Positions 42,570-52,532 are shown, counted from the stretch's first letter. The stretch is 64,000 nt of DNA from Arcobacteraceae bacterium (GCA_048268245.1 JBLWVX010000011.1:1-64000), one strand, 5' to 3'. The notes: a model not told the origin generated them from the letters alone. Translations and numbers: made by a program.

Positions 42570-45440
42570 CTATCTATCGTAAAACATTCCTACAAAACTA
42601 GTCACTTTATCAATGATATTAGTTATAGCTTTCTTTCTACCTAATGCTTTAGGTTTTTCCACTAAAGTATTAATAACTACATCAGGTTCAGGTTTCTTAC
42701 CATCATAAATATATGTATCTACGACTGACTTAAAGGCTTCTTTATGTAAGTTCTCTTCTTTAACCATTACTTCAAATACTTTGGTTTTTTCTTCTTCCAT
42801 AAAATTATCAAACTCTTCTTCAATCTCTTCAATATTAATGCTATCAAGTGTAGTATCTATGAACTTCTCAATTAATTCTTTCTTACTTCTTAGCTTAGGG
42901 TTTGAGTTTATGATATTAATAATATTAGCTCTTTGTTTTTCTTTTTGTTCTGCTGTCGAGTTTGCATACTTAGCTAGAAGCTTTAGGATATAAGCTACAT
43001 TAATCTCATCTTTATGAATCAACTCTAATTCAAAGTCAACGTCATCAAGTATAGAAACTTTCTCGCTTCCTTGTCCTGTTTTGTTAGCTTTGATTTTATC
43101 ATAAAGGTCAAGGTACTTAGATTTATAGTCTTCAAACATTTGTTCACTCATGGACAAGTCAGACCATTTGAAGTCACTAAACCCATCAAGAATATTTTTT
43201 AGTCTTATTAGCTCTCTAAATGCTTTAATAAACTCTAATTGTTCTTCTTCATCGATGATTGAATCAACACTGCTAACACTTGGAGCAATCTTAATTAATT
43301 CTTGAAATGCTTCATTGAACTTTTGTACATAATACTCATAAGGCTTCATTAAAATAATGTCTTTAGCTTCTTTGTTAGAGAACAATGCAATAGCATCATC
43401 TGTGTTTTTCTTCAAGTTTCTAAAACACACAATGTTACCTTGAGACTTTTGCTCATTTAGTATTCTATTAGTTCTACTATAGGCTTGTATCAGACCATGA
43501 TACTTCAAGTTCTTATCAACATAAAGGGTATTAAGCCTTGGACTGTCAAAGCCTGTTAAGAACATGTTTACTACCAACAGAATGTCTATCTCTTTTTGCT
43601 TAACCTTCTTAGAGATGTCATTATAGTAGTTATAGAAGCTTTGAGAGTCTTTTGTGCTGAACTTAGTGTTAAACATAGAGTTATAGTCTTCAATGTACTC
43701 ATCAAGCTTCTCACGACTGTGTTTATTAATATGAGACTCATCTATGTGTGCTCCATCAGATTCATCAAGTTCATAGATTCCATTAGCATCTTTGTCATCT
43801 TCATTTGCACTGTATGAAAAGATAGTAGCTACTTTTAGCTTGTGCTCTTTGCTCTTGAAAGCTTCATAATACTTGTGAAGAACATCAACACTACTAACAC
43901 ACATCATAGCTGTGAACTCTCTAGAGTGAGTTTTCCTGTCATGGTTAGCTAAGATATAATCAACAATCTTTCCAACCCTTTCTTTACTTTCTAACAGCTC
44001 TTTAACGTCTATGTTTTCAACTTCAATATCTACTTCAGTAGCACTGCCTTCTTTCTCTTTGTATCTTCCTATGTACTCAACTGAGAACTTCAACACATTA
44101 TCATCACTAATAGCATCTGTTATCACATACTGATGAAGCTTTCCATCTTCTCCACCAAACAGCTCTGCTGTAGTTCTCTTTCCATACTTATTGCCTACTG
44201 CATTCTCAGGAAAGATTGGAGTACCTGTAAAGCCTATTAGCTGAGCTTTTTCAAAGAAGCCTGTGATGTTTTTATGGGTTTCTCCAAACTGTGACCTATG
44301 GCACTCATCAAAGATGAAGACAACGTTTTTATCTCTTAAAGCTTCCATCTCTTTTAGGTAGTGAGGTTTACTAATAGCTGTATTTAGCTTTTGAATGGTA
44401 GTGATGATTAGGTTACTATCTTTTAGTACACCTTTTCTGTCTTTGTGTTTTCCTAAGAACTGATTCACTAGAACTTTAGTATTGTCTGTTCCATCAACTG
44501 AACCATCAGAGAAGCTGTTGAACTCTTTTGAGGTTTGAAAGTCTAAGTCTTTTCTATCAACAACAAAGACAACCTTATCAACTTCAGGAAGCTTCACTAG
44601 GATTTGAGATGCTTTGAATGATGTTAGAGTTTTACCTGAACCTGTTGTATGCCAAATGTAACCATTCTTTTGAGTGTTCTTAATCCTATCAACAATAGCT
44701 TCAACTGCATAGTATTGATAAGGTCTTAGAACCATTAGTATCTTTGGAACTTCAGCTAAAACAATATACTTACAAATCATCTTAGACACATGACATCGCT
44801 CTAGAAAGATTGAAGTGAACTCCTCAAGGTTTTTGATGTTAATGTTGTTCTTATCAGCCCAATAGAAAGTCTGCTTGAATGACTGCTTACGATTGTTCGC
44901 ATAGTACTTAGTGTTAACACCATTAGAGATTACAAAAAGCTGTACATAGTGAAATAAAGCACTGTTAAACCCATATGAGTGTCTTTGGTATCTGTTGATT
45001 TGATTGAAGGCTTCCTTTAGTTCTAGACCTCTCCTTTTTAGCTCAATCTGAACTAGAGGTAATCCATTGATAAGGATTGTTACATCGTATCTGTTCTTGT
45101 ACTTACCTTCTATAGTAACTTGTTGTGTAACTTGAAATAGATTCTGACACCAATGCTCTGAGTCTAAAAACTCAATATACTTTGTGTCTCCATTGTCTAA
45201 AGTTAAAGCATATTTGTCTCGAAGAAGTTTAGCCTTCTCAAAGACATTACCTTTGTTTATATGGTTTAGGATTCTTTCAAACTCATCAGAGCTTAGACTT
45301 GTCTTGTTGTGTTTTTCAAGTTGTGACTTTAGGTTTGACAGAAGTGAAGCTTCGTCTTTGATGACCACTTTCTCATAGCCTTGAGAGCTTAACTGTTTTA
45401 CTAAGTTGTCTTCTAGTACTGCTTCACTTTGTTTACTCAT
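42570..45440 (-). CDS. hsdR: Type I restriction endonuclease subunit R
   Basis: RYDV...NGLPLVQIELK nuclease motif; HTTGSGKT, DECHR, FTGTP, LTGFD and QAYSRTNR helicase motifs. Confidence 0.95.
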   Translation of the reverse strand: MSKQSEAVLEDNLVKQLSSQGYEKVVIKDEASLLSNLKSQLEKHNKTSLSSDEFERILNHINKGNVFEKAKLLRDKYALTLDNGDTKYIEFLDSEHWCQNLFQVTQQVTIEGKYKNRYDVTILINGLPLVQIELKRRGLELKEAFNQINRYQRHSYGFNSALFHYVQLFVISNGVNTKYYANNRKQSFKQTFYWADKNNINIKNLEEFTSIFLERCHVSKMICKYIVLAEVPKILMVLRPYQYYAVEAIVDRIKNTQKNGYIWHTTGSGKTLTSFKASQILVKLPEVDKVVFVVDRKDLDFQTSKEFNSFSDGSVDGTDNTKVLVNQFLGKHKDRKGVLKDSNLIITTIQKLNTAISKPHYLKEMEALRDKNVVFIFDECHRSQFGETHKNITGFFEKAQLIGFTGTPIFPENAVGNKYGKRTTAELFGGEDGKLHQYVITDAISDDNVLKFSVEYIGRYKEKEGSATEVDIEVENIDVKELLESKERVGKIVDYILANHDRKTHSREFTAMMCVSSVDVLHKYYEAFKSKEHKLKVATIFSYSANEDDKDANGIYELDESDGAHIDESHINKHSREKLDEYIEDYNSMFNTKFSTKDSQSFYNYYNDISKKVKQKEIDILLVVNMFLTGFDSPRLNTLYVDKNLKYHGLIQAYSRTNRILNEQKSQGNIVCFRNLKKNTDDAIALFSNKEAKDIILMKPYEYYVQKFNEAFQELIKIAPSVSSVDSIIDEEEQLEFIKAFRELIRLKNILDGFSDFKWSDLSMSEQMFEDYKSKYLDLYDKIKANKTGQGSEKVSILDDVDFELELIHKDEINVAYILKLLAKYANSTAEQKEKQRANIINIINSNPKLRSKKELIEKFIDTTLDSINIEEIEEEFDNFMEEEKTKVFEVMVKEENLHKEAFKSVVDTYIYDGKKPEPDVVINTLVEKPKALGRKKAITNIIDKVTSFVGMFYDR

Positions 45441-45456
45441 GGGTTTCCTTTAGTCT

Positions 45457-46677
45457 TTACACAAACATCTGTTGTAGGAGTGCTTTCTTGAACTGTTTTG
45501 TTGCTTCTAGTTGTCTTGTAAACTTTTGTATTTTATCATCTAAGCTTTGGAAGAAAACAACTATCTTCGATTGTTCTTCTAACTCAGGAATAGATATTGA
45601 ATCACTTATTGCATAAGAGTTATTGATTTTCATATCATTTTTTGCTCCTTTGTGAACAAGTGGTCTAAAGTAACTATTCACATTGTCATCAAGCTGAAAA
45701 TAGTAGTCAATAAATAAAGGATTCAAGTTTTCTTTTGGTCTATAAACTGCATAAAGAGTTGAAACAACTCCAGCTTTTTTCTTGTTAACCTTTACAATAC
45801 CATAAGGATTAGCCTTCAATGGACTTTTAGTATAAACAATATCATTAACCTTTACTACATGATAGTTATTTATTGACGCCCCTGCAAAAGAACGACCTTG
45901 AAACTCTATTTGATTAACAATCCCAAACTCTCCCGAAACTGATAATACATCATTTTTTGTATAGCTATCATCAATGTTTCTTTCTTTGTGTTCATACATT
46001 AGTTCATTTAGCTTTCTTTTTTTCCAAGAAGGAAACTCTCTTCCATCATCAGCTTTAAACCTAATCTCTTGTGAGAAGATTTTCTGCATCACACCTTTTT
46101 TGTATTGCTTTAGTAGTTCTTCTTTTTTTGTTAGCTGTTCTATTTTAGTATCAACTGAAGTAAGGAATGAAGCTATCTTTTCTTGTTCTTGTTTTACAGG
46201 AATTGATATAGGAATACTTTTGATTATAGAACCACTTAAGTTTTTTTGTCCACCATCATTACTAAGATTTCGGATGTTATCATACTGTCCTGCTAAATAT
46301 TGATATAAGAATATATAACTTGTATCTTTTGGTTTGATAGATGCACACGCTTGATTTGTAGTTGCTTGTATTTTTAAAATACCTACTTTGCCTCTTGTCT
46401 TACCTTGTCCATACATAGCCATCAGTATAGTGTTTTTTTCAAATAGTTTGGCAGATGAGTTATTTAAGGCTTCTTCTGTTATGTATTCTTCTGCACCTTG
46501 GATATCTTTAAAATCAATCAAAGAAGTAGTAACCCAAGGTATAGTTCCATTCCAATAAGAGGATTTGCTTCTTGATGGGGTACCACCTGAACTAACAACA
46601 GCTATATTACCAATATTAGTATTTTCCCACTCTCTACTAAACTCTTTGAATCTTAACTTAGGTACATTACTCATCAT
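45457..46677 (-). CDS. hsdS: Type I RM specificity subunit S
   Basis: VPKLRF N-terminus; two TRDs with repeated EQ.KI..F..S.D.KI...KK...Q..F conserved regions. Confidence 0.93.
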   Translation of the reverse strand: MMSNVPKLRFKEFSREWENTNIGNIAVVSSGGTPSRSKSSYWNGTIPWVTTSLIDFKDIQGAEEYITEEALNNSSAKLFEKNTILMAMYGQGKTRGKVGILKIQATTNQACASIKPKDTSYIFLYQYLAGQYDNIRNLSNDGGQKNLSGSIIKSIPISIPVKQEQEKIASFLTSVDTKIEQLTKKEELLKQYKKGVMQKIFSQEIRFKADDGREFPSWKKRKLNELMYEHKERNIDDSYTKNDVLSVSGEFGIVNQIEFQGRSFAGASINNYHVVKVNDIVYTKSPLKANPYGIVKVNKKKAGVVSTLYAVYRPKENLNPLFIDYYFQLDDNVNSYFRPLVHKGAKNDMKINNSYAISDSISIPELEEQSKIVVFFQSLDDKIQKFTRQLEATKQFKKALLQQMFV

Positions 46678-46683
46678 CTACCT

Positions 46684-48246
46684 CTAAAATGGCTTAGCAA
46701 TACCAAGCTCATCACAGAACTCAGCTATTGTTTCATCTGTAGTAACCATATCTGACTCTAAAGCTTTTAGCTTAGAACTAACTTCATCTAAGTCAACAGG
46801 TTCTTCTTCTTCAAAAGTGTCTACATACCTAGGGATATTTAAGTTATAGTCATTCTCTTTGATTTCATCCATTGAAGCTAGGTGTGAATACTTCTCTATC
46901 TCTTCTCTATTAGTGTAAGTCTGTACAATCTTAGAGACATTCTCATCAGTCATGTAGTTTTGGTTCTTAGCTTTCTCAAACTCATTTGAAGCATCCATAA
47001 ACAAGACATTGTCACTATCTTCTCTGCACTTCTTAAACACTAAGATACAAGTAGGGATTGAAGTTCCATAGAAGATGTTAGCAGGAAGACCAATAACAGC
47101 GTCTAAGTAGTTTCTATCTTCAATCAGGTACTTTCTTATGTGTCCTTCTGCTGAACCTCTGAACAGTACTCCATGGGGTAAAACTATAGCCATAGTTCCA
47201 TTATCATCTAAGTGATGTATCATATGCTGTACAAAAGCAAAGTCTGCTTTAGAAGAAGGTGCTAGTTTTCCATACTGAGAGAATCTGTCATCACTTAAGA
47301 ACAAATCATTAGCTGACCATTTAGCTGAGAATGGAGGATTAGCAACGATTGCTTCAAACCTGTCATCCAAGTGCTGAGGGTGTTCTAAAGTATCTTCATG
47401 CTTGATGTCAAACTTTCTGTAGTGCACATCATGCATAATCATGTTCATTCTTGCTAAGTTGTAAGTTGTAGCATTTAACTCTTGACCATAGAAGTTAGAG
47501 ACATCAGATACCTCTTTAGCAACTCTAAGAAGTAGTGAACCTGAACCACATGTTGGGTCATACACAGACTTTAGTTTTGTCTTACCAGTAGTTACTATCT
47601 TAGCTAAGACTTTAGATACTTGCTGAGGTGTATAAAACTCTCCTGCTTTCTTTCCTGCACCTGCGGCGAACTGACCAATAAGATACTCATAAGCATCACC
47701 AAGGATGTCACTTTCGGTATCTTTTAGTTCAAAGTCTATGTTATCTAAGTGAGTAAGAACTCTTACTATCAACTCATTTCTTTTTTCAACAGTTTTCCCA
47801 AGTTTCACAGAAGTTAGGTCAAGGTCATCAAACAGGTTTACGAAGTCATCTTCACTGTCATGCCCCATTGTTGTTTGCTCTATGTTTCTTAGGATTGACG
47901 TTAGGTCTTCAAGGATGAAGTTGTTCTCTGTTCCACTTCCTCTTTTTGCTATTTCAGAAAATAGTTCATTAGGTCTTAAAAAGTATCCTAGTTTTTCTAA
48001 AGCTTCATCTTTAACTACTTCAATATACTCTTTTTCTTGTTCATGTCCTAAAACTTCTAGATATGAAATACCATCCTCTTTTAGTATTTGTGTATTTGCA
48101 TAATCTTCAATCTTCTCAGATAAGTACTTGTAAAAAATAAATCCTAGTATGTAATCTCTAAACTCATCAGCATCCATCTTCCCTCTAAGGGTATCTGCAA
48201 TGTTCCATAGTTGTCTTTCAAGTTGTTTTTTATGCTCGTCGCTCAA
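46684..48246 (-). CDS. hsdM: Type I RM N6-adenine methyltransferase subunit M
   Basis: LW.IA..LRG, GEFYTP, DPTCGSG and NPPF motifs; TTG start. Confidence 0.95.
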   Translation of the reverse strand: MSDEHKKQLERQLWNIADTLRGKMDADEFRDYILGFIFYKYLSEKIEDYANTQILKEDGISYLEVLGHEQEKEYIEVVKDEALEKLGYFLRPNELFSEIAKRGSGTENNFILEDLTSILRNIEQTTMGHDSEDDFVNLFDDLDLTSVKLGKTVEKRNELIVRVLTHLDNIDFELKDTESDILGDAYEYLIGQFAAGAGKKAGEFYTPQQVSKVLAKIVTTGKTKLKSVYDPTCGSGSLLLRVAKEVSDVSNFYGQELNATTYNLARMNMIMHDVHYRKFDIKHEDTLEHPQHLDDRFEAIVANPPFSAKWSANDLFLSDDRFSQYGKLAPSSKADFAFVQHMIHHLDDNGTMAIVLPHGVLFRGSAEGHIRKYLIEDRNYLDAVIGLPANIFYGTSIPTCILVFKKCREDSDNVLFMDASNEFEKAKNQNYMTDENVSKIVQTYTNREEIEKYSHLASMDEIKENDYNLNIPRYVDTFEEEEPVDLDEVSSKLKALESDMVTTDETIAEFCDELGIAKPF

Positions 48247-48320
48247 TCTAAACCTTATAAATATTATCTGTATAAAGTTAAGATATTACCTAAAAAGTGC
48301 TAATTATAAAATAAAAATAA

Positions 48321-49478
48321 CTAACTTACATATTCATATAACGTTATATCTTGGTTACTAATAATTGAGCCATCTTTTATATCATCAACTCCTAAATGAA
48401 TATAGTTTAAACTAGTATGATAACTTTTATGTCCCATAAATGTCATAATTTTATACCCATTCCATTTACTTACACTCGCTAGTCTTGATGCAACTGTATG
48501 TCTCAGTCCATAAGGGACATAGTCTTTATGTATTTCTTTATCAGTCCAGTTTAGATGTTTTTTCATTATTGTCCATCTGTTGCCAACCATATCTTGTGTT
48601 AGTCTAGTGAACTTTAGAGTTTTGTATTTACTGTCACTTACAATGTCTTTAAGTTCAATATCGCAAGGAAGTTTCTTTTTATGTATGATAGTTAGAGAGT
48701 ATTTAATATGCTCTTTAATAGCTTTTAGTACAATGCCTTCAAGTGGCAAAGTCCTGATGAGATTGTTTTTTGTTGAATTATATGAACCTCTAGATATTGT
48801 AACATGGTTATTATAGAAATCAAAGTCACCTAACTGAAGATTAAAATATTCTGCTGGTCTTAATCCAAGTGATATATTAATTATAAAATACTTTATCATT
48901 TCCCAATCAGTACTATTATTTGTTTCCTTGTATCTTTCAACTAATGTTTGGTACATTTGATATTCTTCATATCTTGAAAAGCATATTTTTCTTTTCTTAT
49001 ATACAGGCATTCTCAAACCTTCAAATGGAAGTTTATTGTCTAAAATTAGTTTTTGTTTATTTTCCAAATACTCAATTGATGTTTTTAATGTTGATATATA
49101 GTGATTTATTGTTTTATTTGCGTAATTCTTCTTTATAAGATACCTTTTAAACCTATCAAGGTCATCGACAGTTAATGTTGAGATAAGTCTACTTTCTCCG
49201 AAAAACATAGATATTTTTTCCCATCTCATTAGTGGATTTTTTTTATCCCTAAAATATATCCATTTAGTTTCATAAATATATGATGTAGCATCTTTGAAGC
49301 TTAATCCTAAGTCTATTTCTTTGGGATTGAGGTACTCTATAGGGTTAATAATATGTTTCTTCCATTCATCTTCTTTTTCTAAAGCTTTTTTCTTTATTTT
49401 TGTAGTCCAAGTTTTTTGATAACGTATTTTATTAATTATAAAATCAGACTTCCAAAATCCATTTTGTTTCTTATACAT
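48321..49478 (-). CDS. Second tyrosine recombinase (phage-integrase-like)
   Basis: TIN.Y.S.L, GLRPAE, TKN, YGLRHTVASRL, MGH and NYIH motifs; AAGGAG SD. Confidence 0.88.
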   Translation of the reverse strand: MYKKQNGFWKSDFIINKIRYQKTWTTKIKKKALEKEDEWKKHIINPIEYLNPKEIDLGLSFKDATSYIYETKWIYFRDKKNPLMRWEKISMFFGESRLISTLTVDDLDRFKRYLIKKNYANKTINHYISTLKTSIEYLENKQKLILDNKLPFEGLRMPVYKKRKICFSRYEEYQMYQTLVERYKETNNSTDWEMIKYFIINISLGLRPAEYFNLQLGDFDFYNNHVTISRGSYNSTKNNLIRTLPLEGIVLKAIKEHIKYSLTIIHKKKLPCDIELKDIVSDSKYKTLKFTRLTQDMVGNRWTIMKKHLNWTDKEIHKDYVPYGLRHTVASRLASVSKWNGYKIMTFMGHKSYHTSLNYIHLGVDDIKDGSIISNQDITLYEYVS

Positions 49479-49705
49479 TTTTCTCCTTTATATGAATAAT
49501 ATTGGAAAAAATAAAATAAAGTCAAAGTTTTGAAAGACTATGATTACCCAAAGCTTACGAATCTACTCGTTAAGTAAAAAAAATACCAAAAAAATCTGAA
49601 ACCCCATAATGTAAACCACAGTAAAAGTTATCCCCCCATACCCCCTCTTAAGTTCACAGATAAAGAACTTTAAGGGGAAACTTCAAGCCCAACTATTAAA
49701 ACCTT

Positions 49706-49794
49706 TCTGTGAGAAGCCTACAAGCTCTTTTCCTTTTTTAGTCTAATGTTTATATCAAGAAATAAGCTCTAGGGTTTCTACATAACCTTACAGA
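49706..49794. repeat. Imperfect long palindromic element, left of the resolvase
   Basis: TCTGTGAGAAGCCTACAAGCTCTT ... AAGCTCTAGGGTTTCTACATAACCTTACAGA; related to 50553-50643. Confidence 0.5.
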
Positions 49795-49927
49795 CTTCTA
49801 TTAATCTATCAATCTATAACCTTCATTAAAACTAAAGTATTTTATAAAGTCTTATACTTGACAAAGTATTTATAATTTGATAAAGTTTCAAGCATAATAT
49901 ACCTTAAGACTTGAAAGGAGATTTTAA

Positions 49928-50560
49928 ATGACAATAGGATACCTAAGAGTTTCAACTGATAGACAAACTGTAGAGAACCAAAAGAGTGTTATTAGAGCTT
50001 ACTGTAATGATAAGTTAAAGATAACTGTTGATGATTGGATTGAAGTTGTAATGAGTTCAAGAAAAGACTTAAGAGACAGAAAGATAGATGAACTTTTATC
50101 AATACTTTCAAAAGATGATAAAGTGATTGTGAGTGAACTATCAAGGTTAGGTAGGTCAACTCAAGAGGTTCTACAGACTATAGAGAAGCTTATGAAGTTA
50201 GAGGTAGAACTACATATCATTAAACAAAACCTTACAGTTAATCCAAACAATAAGAATGACTTTGTATCAAAAGCTATGATTACTTTATTTGGTCTATTTG
50301 CAGAGTTAGAGCGAGACTTAATCAGTCAAAGAACTAAAGAGGCTTTAACAGCTAGAAAAGAACAAGGAGTTACTTTAGGGAAGCCTAAAGGTACACTTCA
50401 AAAGTCAAAATATGATGAGCATAAAGATAGGATAGTTGAACTTAAGAGTTTAGGTTTATCACTTAACAAGATTGTATCTAATCATTTAGAGCCAGTTATG
50501 GGAAAAGGTAACTGTTCTGTTCAAAGCTTATCTACTTACTTAAAGAAAAGAGGTCTGTAA
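49928..50560 (+). CDS. Small serine recombinase (resolvase/invertase)
   Basis: GYLRVST..Q, ELSRLGRS, FAELER.LI.QRT..AL and G.P motifs; C-terminal HTH. Confidence 0.93.
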   Translation: MTIGYLRVSTDRQTVENQKSVIRAYCNDKLKITVDDWIEVVMSSRKDLRDRKIDELLSILSKDDKVIVSELSRLGRSTQEVLQTIEKLMKLEVELHIIKQNLTVNPNNKNDFVSKAMITLFGLFAELERDLISQRTKEALTARKEQGVTLGKPKGTLQKSKYDEHKDRIVELKSLGLSLNKIVSNHLEPVMGKGNCSVQSLSTYLKKRGL

Positions 50561-50643
50561 GTCTATCTTACAGCTCTTCTTTTAATCCACTAATACTTTT
50601 TATTAACTTACAACTAAAAGGCTTTGTAGGGTTTCCTACAGAC
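50553..50643. repeat. Imperfect long palindromic element, right of the resolvase
   Basis: GTCTGTAAG..CTTACAGCTCTT...TAAAAGGCTTTGTAGGGTTTCCTACAGAC; arms are self- and mutually complementary. Confidence 0.5.
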
Positions 50644-50710
50644 TGTCTATACCTCAAAAATTACTTACTAAAACTTATTTATTACAATACCCATAAAATC
50701 GAGCCTTTTT

Positions 50711-50898
50711 GAAGATACCCCTCTCTAGGAAGAGTGTTTAACTTATCAACTTCTAAAAAGACCTTTATTAAGGCTTTCTCTTAAGAGGGTGCAGTATAGG
50801 AGAGAACTTAATTTAGTAATCTCAATAATTCCCCTTAATTAGGTAGTTATCTGAAGGGGGACCCGTATAGGAAGTAAAGAGTGCTTCCTCTAGGAGGA
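50711..50898 (+). promoter_or_regulatory. Array of four motifs with T7-type RNAP promoter geometry (degenerate 71-bp repeat)
   Basis: DAAGR-N8-T(A/C)TA-GGAR at 50711, 50782, 50853 and 50876; function inferred. Confidence 0.45.
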
Positions 50899-50931
50899 AA
50901 ACTAAAATCAAAATCATAAAAGGAGGTTCAG

Positions 50932-51411
50932 ATGAACAACAATCAAACACAACTGAAAGATGTTGTAATGTTTACTGATGGCTCTTGTTTAGATAATGGT
51001 AGAAATGGAACTGGAGGATACTGTGCATTACTACAGACACCTAACAAGAAACATCAAAAGATAATTAAAGGTAGTGAGTTAGATACTACGAATAATCGTA
51101 TGGAGATAACAGCTATCATTGAAGGACTAAAGGCAATTAAAAAGCCTTCAAGAGTTACAGTCTATAGTGACTCTAATATAACTGTAAGAGCTATTAATGA
51201 ATGGCTTGAGGGTTGGATAAGAAAGAACTTTAGAAAGGTTGCTAATGTAGACCTTTGGAAAGAGTATTTAGAGGTATCAGCTAAACACCAAATTAAGGCT
51301 ATATGGGTTAAAGCTCATAGTGGTATTTATGAGAATGAGCTTGTAGATGATATAGCTAGAAGTGAAGCTATGAAGTTACATAGTAAGAGAGGTGTTCATT
51401 ATGAGTATTAA
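50932..51411 (+). CDS. rnhA: Ribonuclease HI (island-borne)
   Basis: FTDGSC, TTNNRME, YSDS, NVDLW and WVKAHSG...NE.VD motifs with catalytic residues intact; AAGGAGG SD. Confidence 0.93.
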   Translation: MNNNQTQLKDVVMFTDGSCLDNGRNGTGGYCALLQTPNKKHQKIIKGSELDTTNNRMEITAIIEGLKAIKKPSRVTVYSDSNITVRAINEWLEGWIRKNFRKVANVDLWKEYLEVSAKHQIKAIWVKAHSGIYENELVDDIARSEAMKLHSKRGVHYEY

Positions 51412-52189
51412 GATTGATAACTTTAAACCATTTGATGAGTATGCAAAAGAAACTTACTTAAGTATTCTACATAACAAACAGCTCAAAACTCCTCAAGCAC
51501 ATATTACAGATGAAGATAGAAATATTCTTGAAAGAAAATGTCATGCTTATACTAAAAACAATTATGAAGTCTTTAGTGAGTACCTTGAAGATATAATTAT
51601 TAGCTATGAAAATGAAGCAGAACTTGAAATACATAATACTACGCTCTTAATAAATAAGCATACAGGAGAGATTTTATCTGAAGATTTTCATATCATAGAC
51701 AAGGATTATATAAAACTAAAAAGAAAAGAGTTAAATAGTCTTAAATATTACAAAAAGAAGTTTACTAAATCAAAAACTAATAGTAAGGTTAAAGTTGAAA
51801 ACTATAAGTCTAACCACAGATATACTAAGCTCTTCTCTAAGGTTAAACCATTATTTAAAAACCATAAATATCTTGGTATCTTTTATGACATTAGTAGAGA
51901 ATTAAGCCCTTATGAAAACATAGTATCTCAACAAAACAATGATGGTAGATTTACTCCATTAACAACTAAACAGATACAAGAGAGGTTTAATATTTCTCCT
52001 GATGATATGAAGAGATTTAAAGCTGAAGCAAAAAGACTTAAAGTTATTAGTGATGTAAAACTAAAAGGAAGAACTTTAGGTATAAGGGTAAATCCAGTTT
52101 ATGCTCTAAATGGGCAAGATATAAGTGAAAGCTTATATAAAGCATTTAAAGACTCTAAAGAGTTTATAGAGAACTTCAAAGAAAACTAA
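51401..52189 (+). CDS. Putative replication-type / HTH DNA-binding protein (RepL-like)
   Basis: IN..TGEI motif, C-terminal HTH-like LT.KQI.E.F.IS and RVNP.Y...G; overlaps the rnhA stop. Confidence 0.45.
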   Translation: MSIKIDNFKPFDEYAKETYLSILHNKQLKTPQAHITDEDRNILERKCHAYTKNNYEVFSEYLEDIIISYENEAELEIHNTTLLINKHTGEILSEDFHIIDKDYIKLKRKELNSLKYYKKKFTKSKTNSKVKVENYKSNHRYTKLFSKVKPLFKNHKYLGIFYDISRELSPYENIVSQQNNDGRFTPLTTKQIQERFNISPDDMKRFKAEAKRLKVISDVKLKGRTLGIRVNPVYALNGQDISESLYKAFKDSKEFIENFKEN

Positions 52190-52532
52190 AGGTGTATATA
52201 CGCACTATTATAAAATCACTAGAACACCTATAATATGGGCTTTATTAAAGATTTAAGTTAACAAATGCTTCTTATATATAGTGAAAAATCTATAGATAAC
52301 TTATATATTTAATTAGTATAGAAATGAGTTTAGGCTAGAGCTATATTAGCATTAAAAGTAAAGCTATTACTAGACCTTAATTTCATTTCTAAACAATCAT
52401 AATCTTAGAGTAATACTTAAGTAATAACTATAAATTGACTTTAAATAAATACATTACTCCGTGTCTTTGATACTACCTATTTCTCTTTATCTAGTCTAAA
52501 AATATCACTTTCAACAAATCTCATTACAAAGG

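Noticed and set aside
45457..46677. hsdS shufflon driven by the nearby recombinases
   Set aside because: Only one hsdS; I saw no silent TRD cassettes or flanking inverted repeats.
253..48816. Many 60-155-aa ORFs overlapping well-supported genes (e.g. 253-435, 15032-15376, 34579-35046, 45974-46303)
   Set aside because: Antisense or off-frame shadows of motif-bearing genes with no independent support.
50932..51411. RNase H as part of a retron or other RT system
   Set aside because: No reverse transcriptase ORF is present in the window.
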